Origin: a virus
Strand: one strand, 5' to 3'
IMG/VR virus record: IMGVR_UViG_3300032320_001622
Coordinates: 1,195 to 65,194 of that record
DNA length: 64,000 nucleotides
Shown here: positions 46,096 to 56,362 of the stretch, piece after piece
Layout: every line of letters starts with the position of its first letter
How positions within the stretch are numbered: the first letter of the stretch is position 1
Notes under the pieces: generated by a model
The model's input: only the letters and a program-made list of their open reading frames with translations
Databases searched by the model: none
What the model was told of the DNA's origin: nothing
Translations under genes and position numbers: made by a program

Positions 46096-46935
46096 ATGGA
46101 TTCATTTCTAGAACATTTAACCGAAATGGCCCTAAAAGACAAAGATTGGCATAAGGGAGAAAAAGGAATCAAGAGAGTCCTTTCGTCTCTGGGTCATGTA
46201 CAGTGCGGGGAAAAGGGTGGTTGCGGACACGAGGTCGATGCTAATGTCCATAAACTAGAAAAAGACGGCACAACAACCCCAATTGGTGTAAGTATAGGGC
46301 AAAGAGGCAAAGATGTAGCACAAGCATCCATAACAATAGATGAAAATGGAAATTGGACACATTCCGCATCATCTGAGGTATTTAATAATCATTTGTCCAA
46401 GATAGGTCTTGCTAAAAAACTCCACAAGAACTACGGATCTGGATGGAAACCGGCAACTATCAAAAAGGGTAAGGAAAAGAAGCACGCAACCGCTGCTGCT
46501 CATGCCATATCGAAGCACGGTGAAATGAAAATAGATGTCCCCGATTCTCTTGTAGGTGATCATCAGGTTGGACACCACGGAGCACATTATCATATTCAAA
46601 GAGTAAAGACAAAACAAGGAGAGAAGGCTCTTCTGTATAGAACCACAAACTCAAATCCTTTGAAGATCAAGGACAAAAACGGAAAACATCCTCCAATATT
46701 CTCAAAAGGTGCATCGACTTACATAAGAATAAGAGCAAAAGAGGGCAATAGAAGCAAAAAAACTGGATACTACAAGACCAGGGGAGTTGCCGCACTCAAG
46801 GTGAAAGAAGAAGATGTAAAGGAGTCACCGATTGACCTGTTCAGATCACACGAAACCATACACTCATCCTCTGGAATATTCACGAATGATAATGACAGAG
46901 CAAAAGCAAAAGCACACGAAAAGAGAAAGAAATAA
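46096..46935 (+). CDS. candidate head internal protein, His/Lys-rich
   Basis: MDSFLEHLTE start. Confidence 0.6.
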   Translation: MDSFLEHLTEMALKDKDWHKGEKGIKRVLSSLGHVQCGEKGGCGHEVDANVHKLEKDGTTTPIGVSIGQRGKDVAQASITIDENGNWTHSASSEVFNNHLSKIGLAKKLHKNYGSGWKPATIKKGKEKKHATAAAHAISKHGEMKIDVPDSLVGDHQVGHHGAHYHIQRVKTKQGEKALLYRTTNSNPLKIKDKNGKHPPIFSKGASTYIRIRAKEGNRSKKTGYYKTRGVAALKVKEEDVKESPIDLFRSHETIHSSSGIFTNDNDRAKAKAHEKRKK

Positions 46936-47246
46936 TGTTTGATCATAATCCTTTCAGAGAAGTTATAGAAGAAATAAAGAAGCAAAGAACATCATTTGTT
47001 TTCAATACAAAAGATGATGTTATTAAACACCTGAACCTTGTTCCATCTGAAGACGGAGACGGATATAGACACGCATCTGGTAATGGTGGTAAGTATTCGG
47101 AAGAGGATGTAGAGCATATGCTCCATCACGGAACACTGAAACCAACCGAACCAAGACCAGAACCAGAGCACACCAGGCATATTCCAACCAAAGAACTAAT
47201 AAACAGAGTTTTACAACAGAAAGAAAGACAAAATGCACAACAATAA
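46935..47246 (+). CDS. hypothetical protein
   Basis: TAATG overlap with the upstream gene. Confidence 0.6.
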   Translation: MFDHNPFREVIEEIKKQRTSFVFNTKDDVIKHLNLVPSEDGDGYRHASGNGGKYSEEDVEHMLHHGTLKPTEPRPEPEHTRHIPTKELINRVLQQKERQNAQQ

Positions 47247-48030
47247 TCCATTTCACGATGTAAAATATTCATCCATAACTGAAGGAGCAGTCAAGGGATT
47301 GCTCAACGATATGGGTTACTTCATGCGCGACGACGGTAAATGGGAACATGACAAGTCAAAAGAGGTTCTGACCGACGAAGAAGCACAACAGAAAGCCTCA
47401 AGAGTTCACAATAGAAGAAATAAGGCAAATCCATACCAAAGAGCAAGAGAGCGTTCTGCAAAGAACGATCCTGAGAAGAGATTGTCTATGAAGCGTGCAG
47501 AGAGAAGACGCGAACAGAAAGACGAATCATTTGATCTCTTTCCAAAGGACACAGATAGATTGCTACGCGAACATATTCGTGCAGAGTATGAAGCACGCGG
47601 CATCTACCCAACAGCAAGAGAAGTCCAAGAGACATACAATCAAGTTATGGATCTTATCGAAAGAAGAAAGACCCCACAACAAGTAGATGCAAGCCTGATG
47701 CTTCGTCAGGGAGCATCATCAAAACAAGTAAAAGACACCATCGGTAAAAAGAGAACACCTGAAGGCAAATCTGGAAACGCTTTGCTTCGACGAGCACTCT
47801 CAAATGCTGAATATCAGGGAATGATGCAGGGACACATTACCGATGACAATAGTCAACCATTATTGCCTAGAATAGAAGCACACAAAGATAGAAGAGGCGT
47901 TCCAACAAAGATTTCGCCTTCTTCTCCAGCAAGAAAACAATCCAAAGCAGAAAAAGATACTAGATTCCTAATGGGACAAGGATTTTCTCCAGATCACCTT
48001 AGGCGTATAATGAGCGATTCAGGCAGATGA
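47233..48030 (+). CDS. hypothetical basic protein
   Basis: 265 aa within the operon. Confidence 0.6.
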   Translation: MHNNNPFHDVKYSSITEGAVKGLLNDMGYFMRDDGKWEHDKSKEVLTDEEAQQKASRVHNRRNKANPYQRARERSAKNDPEKRLSMKRAERRREQKDESFDLFPKDTDRLLREHIRAEYEARGIYPTAREVQETYNQVMDLIERRKTPQQVDASLMLRQGASSKQVKDTIGKKRTPEGKSGNALLRRALSNAEYQGMMQGHITDDNSQPLLPRIEAHKDRRGVPTKISPSSPARKQSKAEKDTRFLMGQGFSPDHLRRIMSDSGR

Positions 48031-48926
48031 AGAACTTTAGTGAATTTTTATCCGAAGCAAACAAGAAGGCAGAGAAACCAAAGATTCTAAAGCGCCTCGA
48101 GGGTCAACTCGAAGACAAAGGATTTAGTGCTGGTTCTGCCGCTGCTATTGCTCGTTCCACTCTTCAGAAGTCGGGATCCCTCAAGAAAGGTTCGCAGAAA
48201 CTGACCAAGAAGGGAAAGAAGCGTCAGAAGATGGGTGCTGCTGGTCGTGCAAAGGATCGTGCTGCAAAGAAATCTGGTCGTAAAGCATCAGAGTACAAGT
48301 ACAATCCAAGAAACAATCAAGCAACACTCAGAGAAAGCATAAACTTCGACGGACTTCTCACCGAAACCCGTCATATCTTCTCCGACTTTGATGAGACACT
48401 GGCAACCGATAATGCAAGAGTGAAGATTGGCAGCAAATCACTCAGTGCTGCTGAGTTCTCTGCATACAAACCAGAACCAGGCGATCCGAAACCAGATTTC
48501 TCCGAGTTCTCCAGAACCAATCAACCAGTTGTAAAAAACAAACACTTCTCTTTCAAAGTGTTCAAGAATGCTGCAAGAAAACTGGCAAAGAGGAAGGAAG
48601 CAGGAGAAAAGGATCTACCTGTAATGGGAATCATAACAGCAAGACCACCACAAGTCACCCCACACATTCGTCAGTGGCTAAAGGATAATGGTGTACATAA
48701 CGCAGATGATATTCATATTCATGCGGTTGGTTCTAATGATCCAAAAGCAAAGGTAGAAGCACTCCGAACTCATATACACTCTGGTTCTATAAAGCCAGGA
48801 GATCAAGTACATTTCTTCGATGATCACCACCCAAATGTCGAAGCAATTCACGGTATGCGCCAAGATCATCCAGATATAAATATTAGATCAGTCCATGTTG
48901 GGCCACAAAGAAAGAAAGGCAAGTAG
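48027..48926 (+). CDS. basic domain fused to a HAD-family phosphatase, candidate internal protein
   Basis: MKNFSEFLSE start; DFDETL (motif I), ITAR (II), K (III) and FFDD (IV). Confidence 0.75.
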   Translation: MKNFSEFLSEANKKAEKPKILKRLEGQLEDKGFSAGSAAAIARSTLQKSGSLKKGSQKLTKKGKKRQKMGAAGRAKDRAAKKSGRKASEYKYNPRNNQATLRESINFDGLLTETRHIFSDFDETLATDNARVKIGSKSLSAAEFSAYKPEPGDPKPDFSEFSRTNQPVVKNKHFSFKVFKNAARKLAKRKEAGEKDLPVMGIITARPPQVTPHIRQWLKDNGVHNADDIHIHAVGSNDPKAKVEALRTHIHSGSIKPGDQVHFFDDHHPNVEAIHGMRQDHPDINIRSVHVGPQRKKGK

Positions 48927-48928
48927 TC

Positions 48929-49741
48929 ATGCACCTATCAAGAGACACACACAATCTTCTCAACGAGTCCATTCGTTCTCTTTCTCTGGAAGAGGAATAC
49001 GATATTCTCACAGAGGAACAGTTTAATGAAGCATATGAGGATTATATCGACTTCTTGGTAGAAAACTACACCGACGAAGAACTCGAAAACATGACAGAGG
49101 AAGAACTGATGGAAGGCTTCCTGTCGCGTGTTGCTGGTGCTGCGGGAACTGCTGTTCACCGTACCAAGAATGCATTTAAGGGAATGGGTAAAACATGGGA
49201 TGACATGAAGACTCAATATCAGCGTGGTGCTGCTGGAGAACTTACTTGGACAGGTGCTGAGAAATATCCAGTAAAGAAAGAAGAAGAAAAACCAGAGTCA
49301 AAACCAACAGGCACAACACCACCTCCACCACCAGATGCCAAGAAAACAAAAATAAAACTGACACCAGAACAAAAGAATAAACTGGCAACAGATCCTCGTC
49401 ATGATGCTCTAAGAAAGAGAAGAGAAGCAAGAAAGCAATCAGGAGATGATTTGGCTATGTCTCTCAGTCAAAGATTGCAATCCAAGGGACTGATCAGCGA
49501 TAAAGGCAAGAAAACACCAGCAGGCAAAGCAGCAGCAGCAAATGTTAAGGACAGATCAGTAAAAGCGTCATCAACAATCAAAGATACTCTTCTCAACAAT
49601 AAGCGAGGAGCCGCTTTCTCTAAGTGTGTAGAACGAGGAGGAAGCGAAGAAAAATGCACAAAATATGCGTCAAGTATAATGGCTTCCAAAGAATATTACA
49701 GCGATCTACGACAACGATTACTAGAAAACTACAAAAAATAA
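48929..49741 (+). CDS. hypothetical protein with acidic leader and basic C-terminal part
   Basis: LME|GFLS junction. Confidence 0.6.
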   Translation: MHLSRDTHNLLNESIRSLSLEEEYDILTEEQFNEAYEDYIDFLVENYTDEELENMTEEELMEGFLSRVAGAAGTAVHRTKNAFKGMGKTWDDMKTQYQRGAAGELTWTGAEKYPVKKEEEKPESKPTGTTPPPPPDAKKTKIKLTPEQKNKLATDPRHDALRKRREARKQSGDDLAMSLSQRLQSKGLISDKGKKTPAGKAAAANVKDRSVKASSTIKDTLLNNKRGAAFSKCVERGGSEEKCTKYASSIMASKEYYSDLRQRLLENYKK

Positions 49742-49798
49742 CAGAACACCCCCGAGAAATCGGGGGTTTTCATTTCCTAAATAATGTAAAGGTGAAAT

Positions 49799-52321
49799 AT
49801 GGCCAAAAAGAAACCAACTCCCATTTACTCTAACGGATTTAAGATGAGAAGAAACAGAGATATTCATATTGATGCTCAGAAGTATGGTATTTCCAAGGAA
49901 AGTATGTCTTTCTTTGGATTTATGGATAAGATCTCAAATATCTCAGAGGATGCACAGGTAAGGGAGTATTCACCACAGGCACTCGGACGCAAGAGAAATA
50001 TGTTTCTCAACACACTCGCTCTGGACGAAAAGAAGTTCCAAGAGTGGGTTCAGAACCGTCTATACCGCATCGCCTACGACAACAAGCGTTCTATCTCCGA
50101 CTTCACTCCAAAGGACATAGAGATTGGTCTGAGTAAATGGGAAGGATTGCTGCGTAATGGTGATCCTGGCTTCGGTAAGTATCAATCTCAGTTTACTGCA
50201 TATAAAGAGAGATTTATGAAAGCAGCGGCCACCATATTGGCTAATGCACCATCTGGTAAGGGTTCTCGAGGCGTGGAACCACACGAAGCACCATCCCTGC
50301 ACCCAAGTGGTCAATCTATGACCCCCACAGCACTCAAGCAACAGGGAGGTTCTGTTGATCCAGAGCAGGGTGGATCCATGGCCGCGGGTGGTTCTGGTGT
50401 AGATCCACAGATGCAAGTCACTCCCGAGGAAGACACAGTTGCTGCTATGATTGCAGATATGCAAAAAGCATTATCTATGAAAGAGAAGCAGTTTGCTGGG
50501 CATGTCGAGAACAAACTCCTCAACAACGATCTAGATCCATCTACTGTAAATGCAGCAGAGTTGGAGAAGAGTTTGGATGACGATTTCCAGAACCTACTTG
50601 ACGCCATTCCTGCGGACTCCACGATAAACGAACAAGAAGCGGAGATCGAAGAGATCTATGGACAATACAAGGAACGCTTCCTTCAGACCGCTTCCAAGAT
50701 GGTCGCAAAAACAGGAAAGAAGATAGAGAAGGCAAACAAGAAACAAGCAGCGAAAGCGAAATCAATCGGTGCAAAGGCTGCCGACTATGAAGCAGCACTT
50801 TCTCTCGGTATGACTACATTCACTGGTCAAGATCTCGAAAGCACGGGAATGGACGATAGCCATGTAGATCTGATGAGAAAGAACCCAGAACTATATGCTG
50901 CTGGAAAGAGAATGGCAAACACCATCATCTCTATGCATCCTCTTCTCAAAGGTGCTGGTGTTCGTTGGATGGGCAAGGAAACAAGCACAGACGAAGTTCA
51001 TCCAAACTGGGAAGGAACTGATGGAACATCCAAGACAGATGTTATGTTTGATCTTGGCGATAAGAGAGTAAAGTTTAAGAACGGTAAGTTCGTTGCTTGT
51101 AGTGAGAAAGACAAAGACGAAAACTGCTCATCGAAGATCAAAATGTCTATGAAACTCGGTGACTCGCAGTTTGCTTCTGGTGGTGACAAGGAAACTATGT
51201 CAACATTCAATAGAACACTTGACAACCTAAAAGGTAAGGACTTTGATCTTTCCGATCCAAGAAAACTATCACATCGTTTGATTGCTGATGGTATGGATCC
51301 ACAAGAGGCAAAGGAAAAAGCACAAGCAATAGTAGAGAAAACACAGATGCTTCGTCAAGGATTCGAAGCACTTACCACTTTCCACACATACAAAGGAACA
51401 GTATCTGACTATCAGAAGGGTGGAGTGTATTCCGATAGACCAGAGAAAGAGTTCAAGGAATCGAAGAAATTGGTTGATGCTGCCGACAAGTTTGCAAGAG
51501 AAGTATCCGCCCATGTCGCCGAGATGGCAAATCTGTTTCCATCCTTTGCTTCGGAGTTTGTGTATGTGACTATGACAGGTGATGGTAAGTTCAAGGAAGG
51601 TTCTGATAGACAGGCCAACTATATCATCTCCACAGATCACGCAGGAGACAAAGTAATCATTCTGCCTGCATCACGCGACCTCGCATCTCGTATTGCAAGT
51701 GAGATACAGATCGTTGCAAAGGCTAAATCATCCAGCGTCAAGTCCAAGAAGGATCCACTAGTAGAGAAGTACATGGCCAAGGGAATGACAAAGGAAGAAG
51801 CAGACAAGAAAGCATCTCTCGAATCACCATATCGTGTATGGCAAGTTGTCCGTGTTCTTGCTTCTTCGAGAGCACAGAAAGTCCTATCAGATCCAGCAAC
51901 GGCAGCACAAGTTCTTCAGAACAGTCGTCTTTTGGACTTCGTGAATGCCATGAGTTTTCTCAAGGAACAAGAAGAGGAAATGCCCGAAGAAGAAATGACG
52001 GACGAAGAGATGCCAATGGAGGAAGACACACTCGATCCCGATACTAGGGATTATGTGGATGCGGCAATCGACTATGCTTTCAGTTCATTTCAGAACATGA
52101 TCAAGTTCTTCGGTGTCGAGTTCAACGGTGTATCCAGCAACGACTACAACCTATACAATATGTTCGCAGCAGATCAACCAGTGGATATGGTTACACAAAT
52201 AAATAACAGAGTCGATATGAACAACCAGATCGGTGATGAAATACAGCAGATGAGATTGCAACAGGAGTCAAAGGACTTCTTTACAATAAGAAACAAGATG
52301 AGGGAGATCTATAACTTATGA
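49799..52321 (+). CDS. large hypothetical late protein, possible PD-(D/E)xK-like domain
   Basis: 840 aa; SKTDV...SMK..SQF.SG pattern; CTAAATA upstream. Confidence 0.55.
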   Translation: MAKKKPTPIYSNGFKMRRNRDIHIDAQKYGISKESMSFFGFMDKISNISEDAQVREYSPQALGRKRNMFLNTLALDEKKFQEWVQNRLYRIAYDNKRSISDFTPKDIEIGLSKWEGLLRNGDPGFGKYQSQFTAYKERFMKAAATILANAPSGKGSRGVEPHEAPSLHPSGQSMTPTALKQQGGSVDPEQGGSMAAGGSGVDPQMQVTPEEDTVAAMIADMQKALSMKEKQFAGHVENKLLNNDLDPSTVNAAELEKSLDDDFQNLLDAIPADSTINEQEAEIEEIYGQYKERFLQTASKMVAKTGKKIEKANKKQAAKAKSIGAKAADYEAALSLGMTTFTGQDLESTGMDDSHVDLMRKNPELYAAGKRMANTIISMHPLLKGAGVRWMGKETSTDEVHPNWEGTDGTSKTDVMFDLGDKRVKFKNGKFVACSEKDKDENCSSKIKMSMKLGDSQFASGGDKETMSTFNRTLDNLKGKDFDLSDPRKLSHRLIADGMDPQEAKEKAQAIVEKTQMLRQGFEALTTFHTYKGTVSDYQKGGVYSDRPEKEFKESKKLVDAADKFAREVSAHVAEMANLFPSFASEFVYVTMTGDGKFKEGSDRQANYIISTDHAGDKVIILPASRDLASRIASEIQIVAKAKSSSVKSKKDPLVEKYMAKGMTKEEADKKASLESPYRVWQVVRVLASSRAQKVLSDPATAAQVLQNSRLLDFVNAMSFLKEQEEEMPEEEMTDEEMPMEEDTLDPDTRDYVDAAIDYAFSSFQNMIKFFGVEFNGVSSNDYNLYNMFAADQPVDMVTQINNRVDMNNQIGDEIQQMRLQQESKDFFTIRNKMREIYNL

Positions 52322-52818
52322 AGCGAAATGTCGTGCTCTTAAATGCGTCTTGTGAAGTTATTAATGTGATTGATTGGTTTAGAGCAGTGAGATTGATTAT
52401 GAGTGGGAAAGCAGTCAAGTCATACAACTGTCAACACTTATATGAAATACAAACGACATCAGGTGTGTATCATCTTCCAAACTCAATAACGCTTATTGAT
52501 TATGTCAGAATACCTTTCAGAAAGGTTTCACTGACAAGAAAGAACATATTCTTCCGCGACAACTACACTTGTCAATATTGTGGTGATAGAAGTATAAAGA
52601 AGATGACACTTGACCATGTTCTCCCAAGGAGTCGTGACGGAAAAGACACTTGGGAAAATCTCGTTACTTGTTGTAAGAGATGTAATGTAAAGAAACGAGA
52701 TAGAACACCAGAAGAGGCAAAAATGAACTTGCTTCGAAAACCAGAGAGATTAAAGAAAGACATAACATACGCAGAAGTAGAAAGAATTCTACAAGGAGAG
52801 AAAAATGAAAACGAGTGA
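52318..52818 (+). CDS. HNH endonuclease
   Basis: RDNYTCQYCG..TLDHV.PRS..G...WENLVTCC..CN motif. Confidence 0.92.
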   Translation: MKRNVVLLNASCEVINVIDWFRAVRLIMSGKAVKSYNCQHLYEIQTTSGVYHLPNSITLIDYVRIPFRKVSLTRKNIFFRDNYTCQYCGDRSIKKMTLDHVLPRSRDGKDTWENLVTCCKRCNVKKRDRTPEEAKMNLLRKPERLKKDITYAEVERILQGEKNENE

Positions 52819-53092
52819 TCGAGCAGCATACAGTCATATAGAGGCAATCACAAGCGCACCAGGCTCTTCAACTGTATTACAATACAGAGGACTGTTTATA
52901 AATTGCACAGCCAACGGTAGTGTTGCCATAACAGGAAGCACTTGGGAAAAGGTAGAGGGAACAACTGGAACATACAAGACGGTTACATTTACCGTAAGTA
53001 TGTTGGCAAACACCAATACAGTTCTTCCTTTGTCCCTAAGAACAATCAATACACTAACTCTGACTAACTGCACTCTATTTGGAATGAGATGA
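52805..53092 (+). CDS. small beta-rich protein, possibly structural
   Basis: 95 aa; Thr-rich. Confidence 0.55.
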   Translation: MKTSDRAAYSHIEAITSAPGSSTVLQYRGLFINCTANGSVAITGSTWEKVEGTTGTYKTVTFTVSMLANTNTVLPLSLRTINTLTLTNCTLFGMR

Positions 53093-54237
53093 TGTATTCC
53101 TTCTACCAATATCTTCTAGAAGCAAAGGCTCACGCCACCACTGGTCATCTGGAGCATGTTGGCGATCTCCTCTATCACGGAGATCCGCACTCTGCTATAG
53201 AGCATATGGAGCATACACATAATCGTTTTCAGGGTCATCACAACGATAATCATAAGTTGTCCCTGAAAGTTGATGGTGGTATGAGTATAGTTGTTGGTAG
53301 AAACCACAAAGGACAGCACTTTGTATCATACAAGACAGGTTCCGAGCAGTTCACCTCTCACGAACAGATTGCCGCAACAGGAAAAGAACACTATGTTCGT
53401 GAACTTTCTCCTGTTCTAAAACACGCAAAGAAGATGGAAGGACTGAAGCCTGGAACTGCCTTCCAAGCAGATATTGTACATAACTCGGAAGAACACTCCG
53501 AAGTCGCTCAACCCAACGCGATCAAGTACAAAGTACCAAAGAACAAGAAACTGGTTCTTGCTGCTCACTCGCAGTACAAGGTAGGTAAAGAAGGAGAGTT
53601 GACCAAGACGACAAGTCATCCAGATGTTCATTCTATGACATCGAAAGACACTCACGCTCCAGATCTTGCGATGGGCAAGAATGTTCACCTCAAACTGGAT
53701 TCCAAGAGACACAAGAAAATATCTCATCATCTTGGTCAAGCAAGAAAACTTCTGACACCAGAAACTTCCGAGTTTGCTAAAACACTACCACAACAAGGCA
53801 AGTTTCACGAGTTCCTTAAGCAATACTCGAACCACGAAGCAAGAACAACTGGCAAGAGATCTGTCAAAGCGATGACCAAGCACATCGACACCTATATGTC
53901 GAAATCCGCTCAATCCAAACTAAAACCAGATACTCAAAAGAAACTCCGTGGTTCTCTGAATGACTTTATTTCTAATAATAAACACCATTTTGATACATTA
54001 TTTAAAGTCCACGATCATATAAATCAAGCCAAACATCATCTTTTGGACGAGTTGGAACAAAACCACAAGCATCATTTCGACATTCATACACATGGCGGTG
54101 AAGAACACGAAGGTATGGTGTCTAGTTTGGGTAGACCTGGAAAGAATGAAGTTCAGGCCAAACTGGTAAGAGAAGGACCTGGAGGGTTCCCAGAAAAGAA
54201 CACAGCAAACGCGGCAATAAGATTTGGTAAATCCTAA
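53089..54237 (+). CDS. ATP-dependent ligase/nucleotidyltransferase-like protein (DUF6267-like), candidate internal protein
   Basis: HLEH, KVDG (motif I), FQAD (III), EGMV (IV) and KLV (V); MYSFYQYLLE start. Confidence 0.6.
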   Translation: MMYSFYQYLLEAKAHATTGHLEHVGDLLYHGDPHSAIEHMEHTHNRFQGHHNDNHKLSLKVDGGMSIVVGRNHKGQHFVSYKTGSEQFTSHEQIAATGKEHYVRELSPVLKHAKKMEGLKPGTAFQADIVHNSEEHSEVAQPNAIKYKVPKNKKLVLAAHSQYKVGKEGELTKTTSHPDVHSMTSKDTHAPDLAMGKNVHLKLDSKRHKKISHHLGQARKLLTPETSEFAKTLPQQGKFHEFLKQYSNHEARTTGKRSVKAMTKHIDTYMSKSAQSKLKPDTQKKLRGSLNDFISNNKHHFDTLFKVHDHINQAKHHLLDELEQNHKHHFDIHTHGGEEHEGMVSSLGRPGKNEVQAKLVREGPGGFPEKNTANAAIRFGKS

Positions 54238-54257
54238 ATACAAAAAAGGAGCATCAA

Positions 54258-54314
54258 ATGGGATGTAACTGTGGTAAAACAAAACCAAAACCAAAGCCAA
54301 AATCAACCAAGTGA
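54258..54314 (+). CDS. 18-aa peptide MGCNCGKTKPKPKPKSTK
   Basis: own CTAAATA (54234-54240) and AAGGAG RBS. Confidence 0.55.
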   Translation: MGCNCGKTKPKPKPKSTK

Positions 54315-54326
54315 GGTATATATTTT

Positions 54327-54692
54327 ATGAACAGAAATACATTAATGAGCGACTTTCGTAAGAAATTCGGTGGTGAGTATGTGAGAGAAAACGGAAGATG
54401 GTATTGGGTGAACGGTCAACAAAAGAACCTAGTTTCTAACAGTTGGCTACTCGGTATGTTGAGAGGTTCAGACACACCAAAACAGGAGGTTCAGCCATAT
54501 GAGGTTTCGCAACACACGCAGGAAACTTTGGTTAAAGATACAAGACACGAAGCACCTGTGGAAGAACAAGAACCCGAGAATGAAACCTCAGAATTGTCCC
54601 AAGAGGAACTGAAAAGACAGTTGCAGAACCAGAAGAGAAGAGAGAAGAGAGCACAAAGAAAACTAGAAAAGCAAAAGAACGATGAACAATAA
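54327..54692 (+). CDS. hypothetical protein
   Basis: 121 aa; GAGG RBS. Confidence 0.6.
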   Translation: MNRNTLMSDFRKKFGGEYVRENGRWYWVNGQQKNLVSNSWLLGMLRGSDTPKQEVQPYEVSQHTQETLVKDTRHEAPVEEQEPENETSELSQEELKRQLQNQKRREKRAQRKLEKQKNDEQ

Positions 54693-54870
54693 CGCAACAG
54701 ATCTAATAAACGAAAGTCGCAGAGTTTATACCAAAAGTATTCTCCGTGAACAGGTTTCTCGTTATGTTACTGAAACTCTTATGCATATAGAAACAAATCT
54801 CAAGAGAGAACTCACTCAGGACGAGATAGAGAACATTCTCATACACCTAGCCGATGAAAACATTAACTGA
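54682..54870 (+). CDS. hypothetical protein
   Basis: 62 aa; overlaps both neighbours. Confidence 0.5.
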   Translation: MNNNATDLINESRRVYTKSILREQVSRYVTETLMHIETNLKRELTQDEIENILIHLADENIN

Positions 54871-55924
54871 ACTACTAGAAGCATCAAAACCCAAGCAATT
54901 AGTTGCTACTATGGGTCGTCTGCAACCTCCAACAAGAGGTCACGAACTTCTTGTCGATAAAGTAAAACATCTGGCTAGTGAAATGGGCGCAGATCACAGG
55001 ATCTTTCCCAGCACAAAGGAAGGCGGAGATACACCAAAGGAAGAAAAGAAAAATCCTCTTCCATTCAAGACAAAGGTGAAGTATCTCAAGAAGTTCTTTC
55101 CCAAGACAAACATTCACAGCGAACCAAATGTTCACAATCCATTTCACCTTCTACAGCACGCTCACGATAATGGCTACCACCATGTCCATCTAGTCGTAGG
55201 TGGAGCAGAGGGTCAAAAGGGTGAAAGATTTGATGAGTTTGGTAAGCAGTTCGAAAAATACAAGACACCGAAGGGGACATACAAAATACCACACGAAAAA
55301 GGTGGTCATTTTGAGATTGGCTTAACTCTGCATTCGGCAGGAAAGAGAGATGAAAAATCCTCTGGTGTCGAAGGACTGTCTGGTAGCAAGGTGAGAGACA
55401 CGATATTATCGTCCGATCATACGAACCCAAAGCATGTGGCAAAAGTTCACTCTATGTTGCCATCTGGAGCAAAACCAGAACACGCTGCTGCTTTAATCAA
55501 GGATATAAAGCACCACACAGAGAGAATGGCTAGAGAAAGAGAAGAAGCCAAAGCAGCAAGAAAAGCAGCAAAGAAAACAGTAGTGAAAGAAAGTATTCTT
55601 CCAGATCCCATTCTGGACACGATTCTTGAGATGTTCCTTGCCGAAAAAGAAAGCAAGGAAACCCGTCGCAAGCGTGATCGTAGAATGTACGGACATGGCA
55701 AATCTCTCAGCGAACTGACACCAAAACAGCGTCAAAACCGCAAGAAGAAGAGCAAGAGAACAGTTGCCAGAAGAAAAGCGAACCGCGAAGGACGCACCAA
55801 GAAGGGTGACAGTTCTGTGGAACTAGATCACAAGAACGGAAACGCTATGGATAATGGTTCGCACAATCTGCGAGTAGTTTCCAGACATCACAACAGATCT
55901 AGAAACAACAACAAAAATCACTAA
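54854..55924 (+). CDS. cytidylyltransferase-like HIGH NTase fused to a C-terminal HNH-like domain
   Basis: GRLQPPTRGH, KNPL and SAG.RD...G.SGSK.R motifs; C-terminal DHKNGN..NLR....NRS. Confidence 0.8.
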   Translation: MKTLTELLEASKPKQLVATMGRLQPPTRGHELLVDKVKHLASEMGADHRIFPSTKEGGDTPKEEKKNPLPFKTKVKYLKKFFPKTNIHSEPNVHNPFHLLQHAHDNGYHHVHLVVGGAEGQKGERFDEFGKQFEKYKTPKGTYKIPHEKGGHFEIGLTLHSAGKRDEKSSGVEGLSGSKVRDTILSSDHTNPKHVAKVHSMLPSGAKPEHAAALIKDIKHHTERMAREREEAKAARKAAKKTVVKESILPDPILDTILEMFLAEKESKETRRKRDRRMYGHGKSLSELTPKQRQNRKKKSKRTVARRKANREGRTKKGDSSVELDHKNGNAMDNGSHNLRVVSRHHNRSRNNNKNH

Positions 55925-55942
55925 ATACGCCGAGAGGTTTAT

Positions 55943-56362
55943 ATGAAAAGTTTCAAGGAACTCAGAAATCTTACCGAAAAGAAATCCCTCAAGAAGGCTT
56001 GTTGGGATGGTTATGAAGCGATAGGGATGAAGGAAAAGGACGGAAGACAGGTTCCTAACTGCGTTCCTATCAAAGAAAGCAAGGAAGACATGGCTTGCAA
56101 CAAGCCAACTCGTTCCTCCAAGGCAGGAAAGAAGATGATGGTGAAGGCTTGTGAAGGTGGTAAGGAAAAACTTGTTCATTTCGGAGCATCTGGATATGGT
56201 CACAACTATAGTCCTGCTGCTCGTAAATCTTTCAGAGCAAGACATAAGTGTGGAGAAAAGAAATCAAAACTATCTGCTCAATATTGGGCTTGTAGAAAAC
56301 TATGGGCAGGGAAAAAGGGATCAAAGAAGTCCTGTCCACCAGGCAGAAAATGTAAATACTGA
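55943..56362 (+). CDS. basic Cys-rich virion-type protein (DUF6321-like)
   Basis: CWDGY..G.K.K.G..VPNCVP and KLVHFG..RKSFRARHKC..YWAC modules. Confidence 0.65.
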   Translation: MKSFKELRNLTEKKSLKKACWDGYEAIGMKEKDGRQVPNCVPIKESKEDMACNKPTRSSKAGKKMMVKACEGGKEKLVHFGASGYGHNYSPAARKSFRARHKCGEKKSKLSAQYWACRKLWAGKKGSKKSCPPGRKCKY

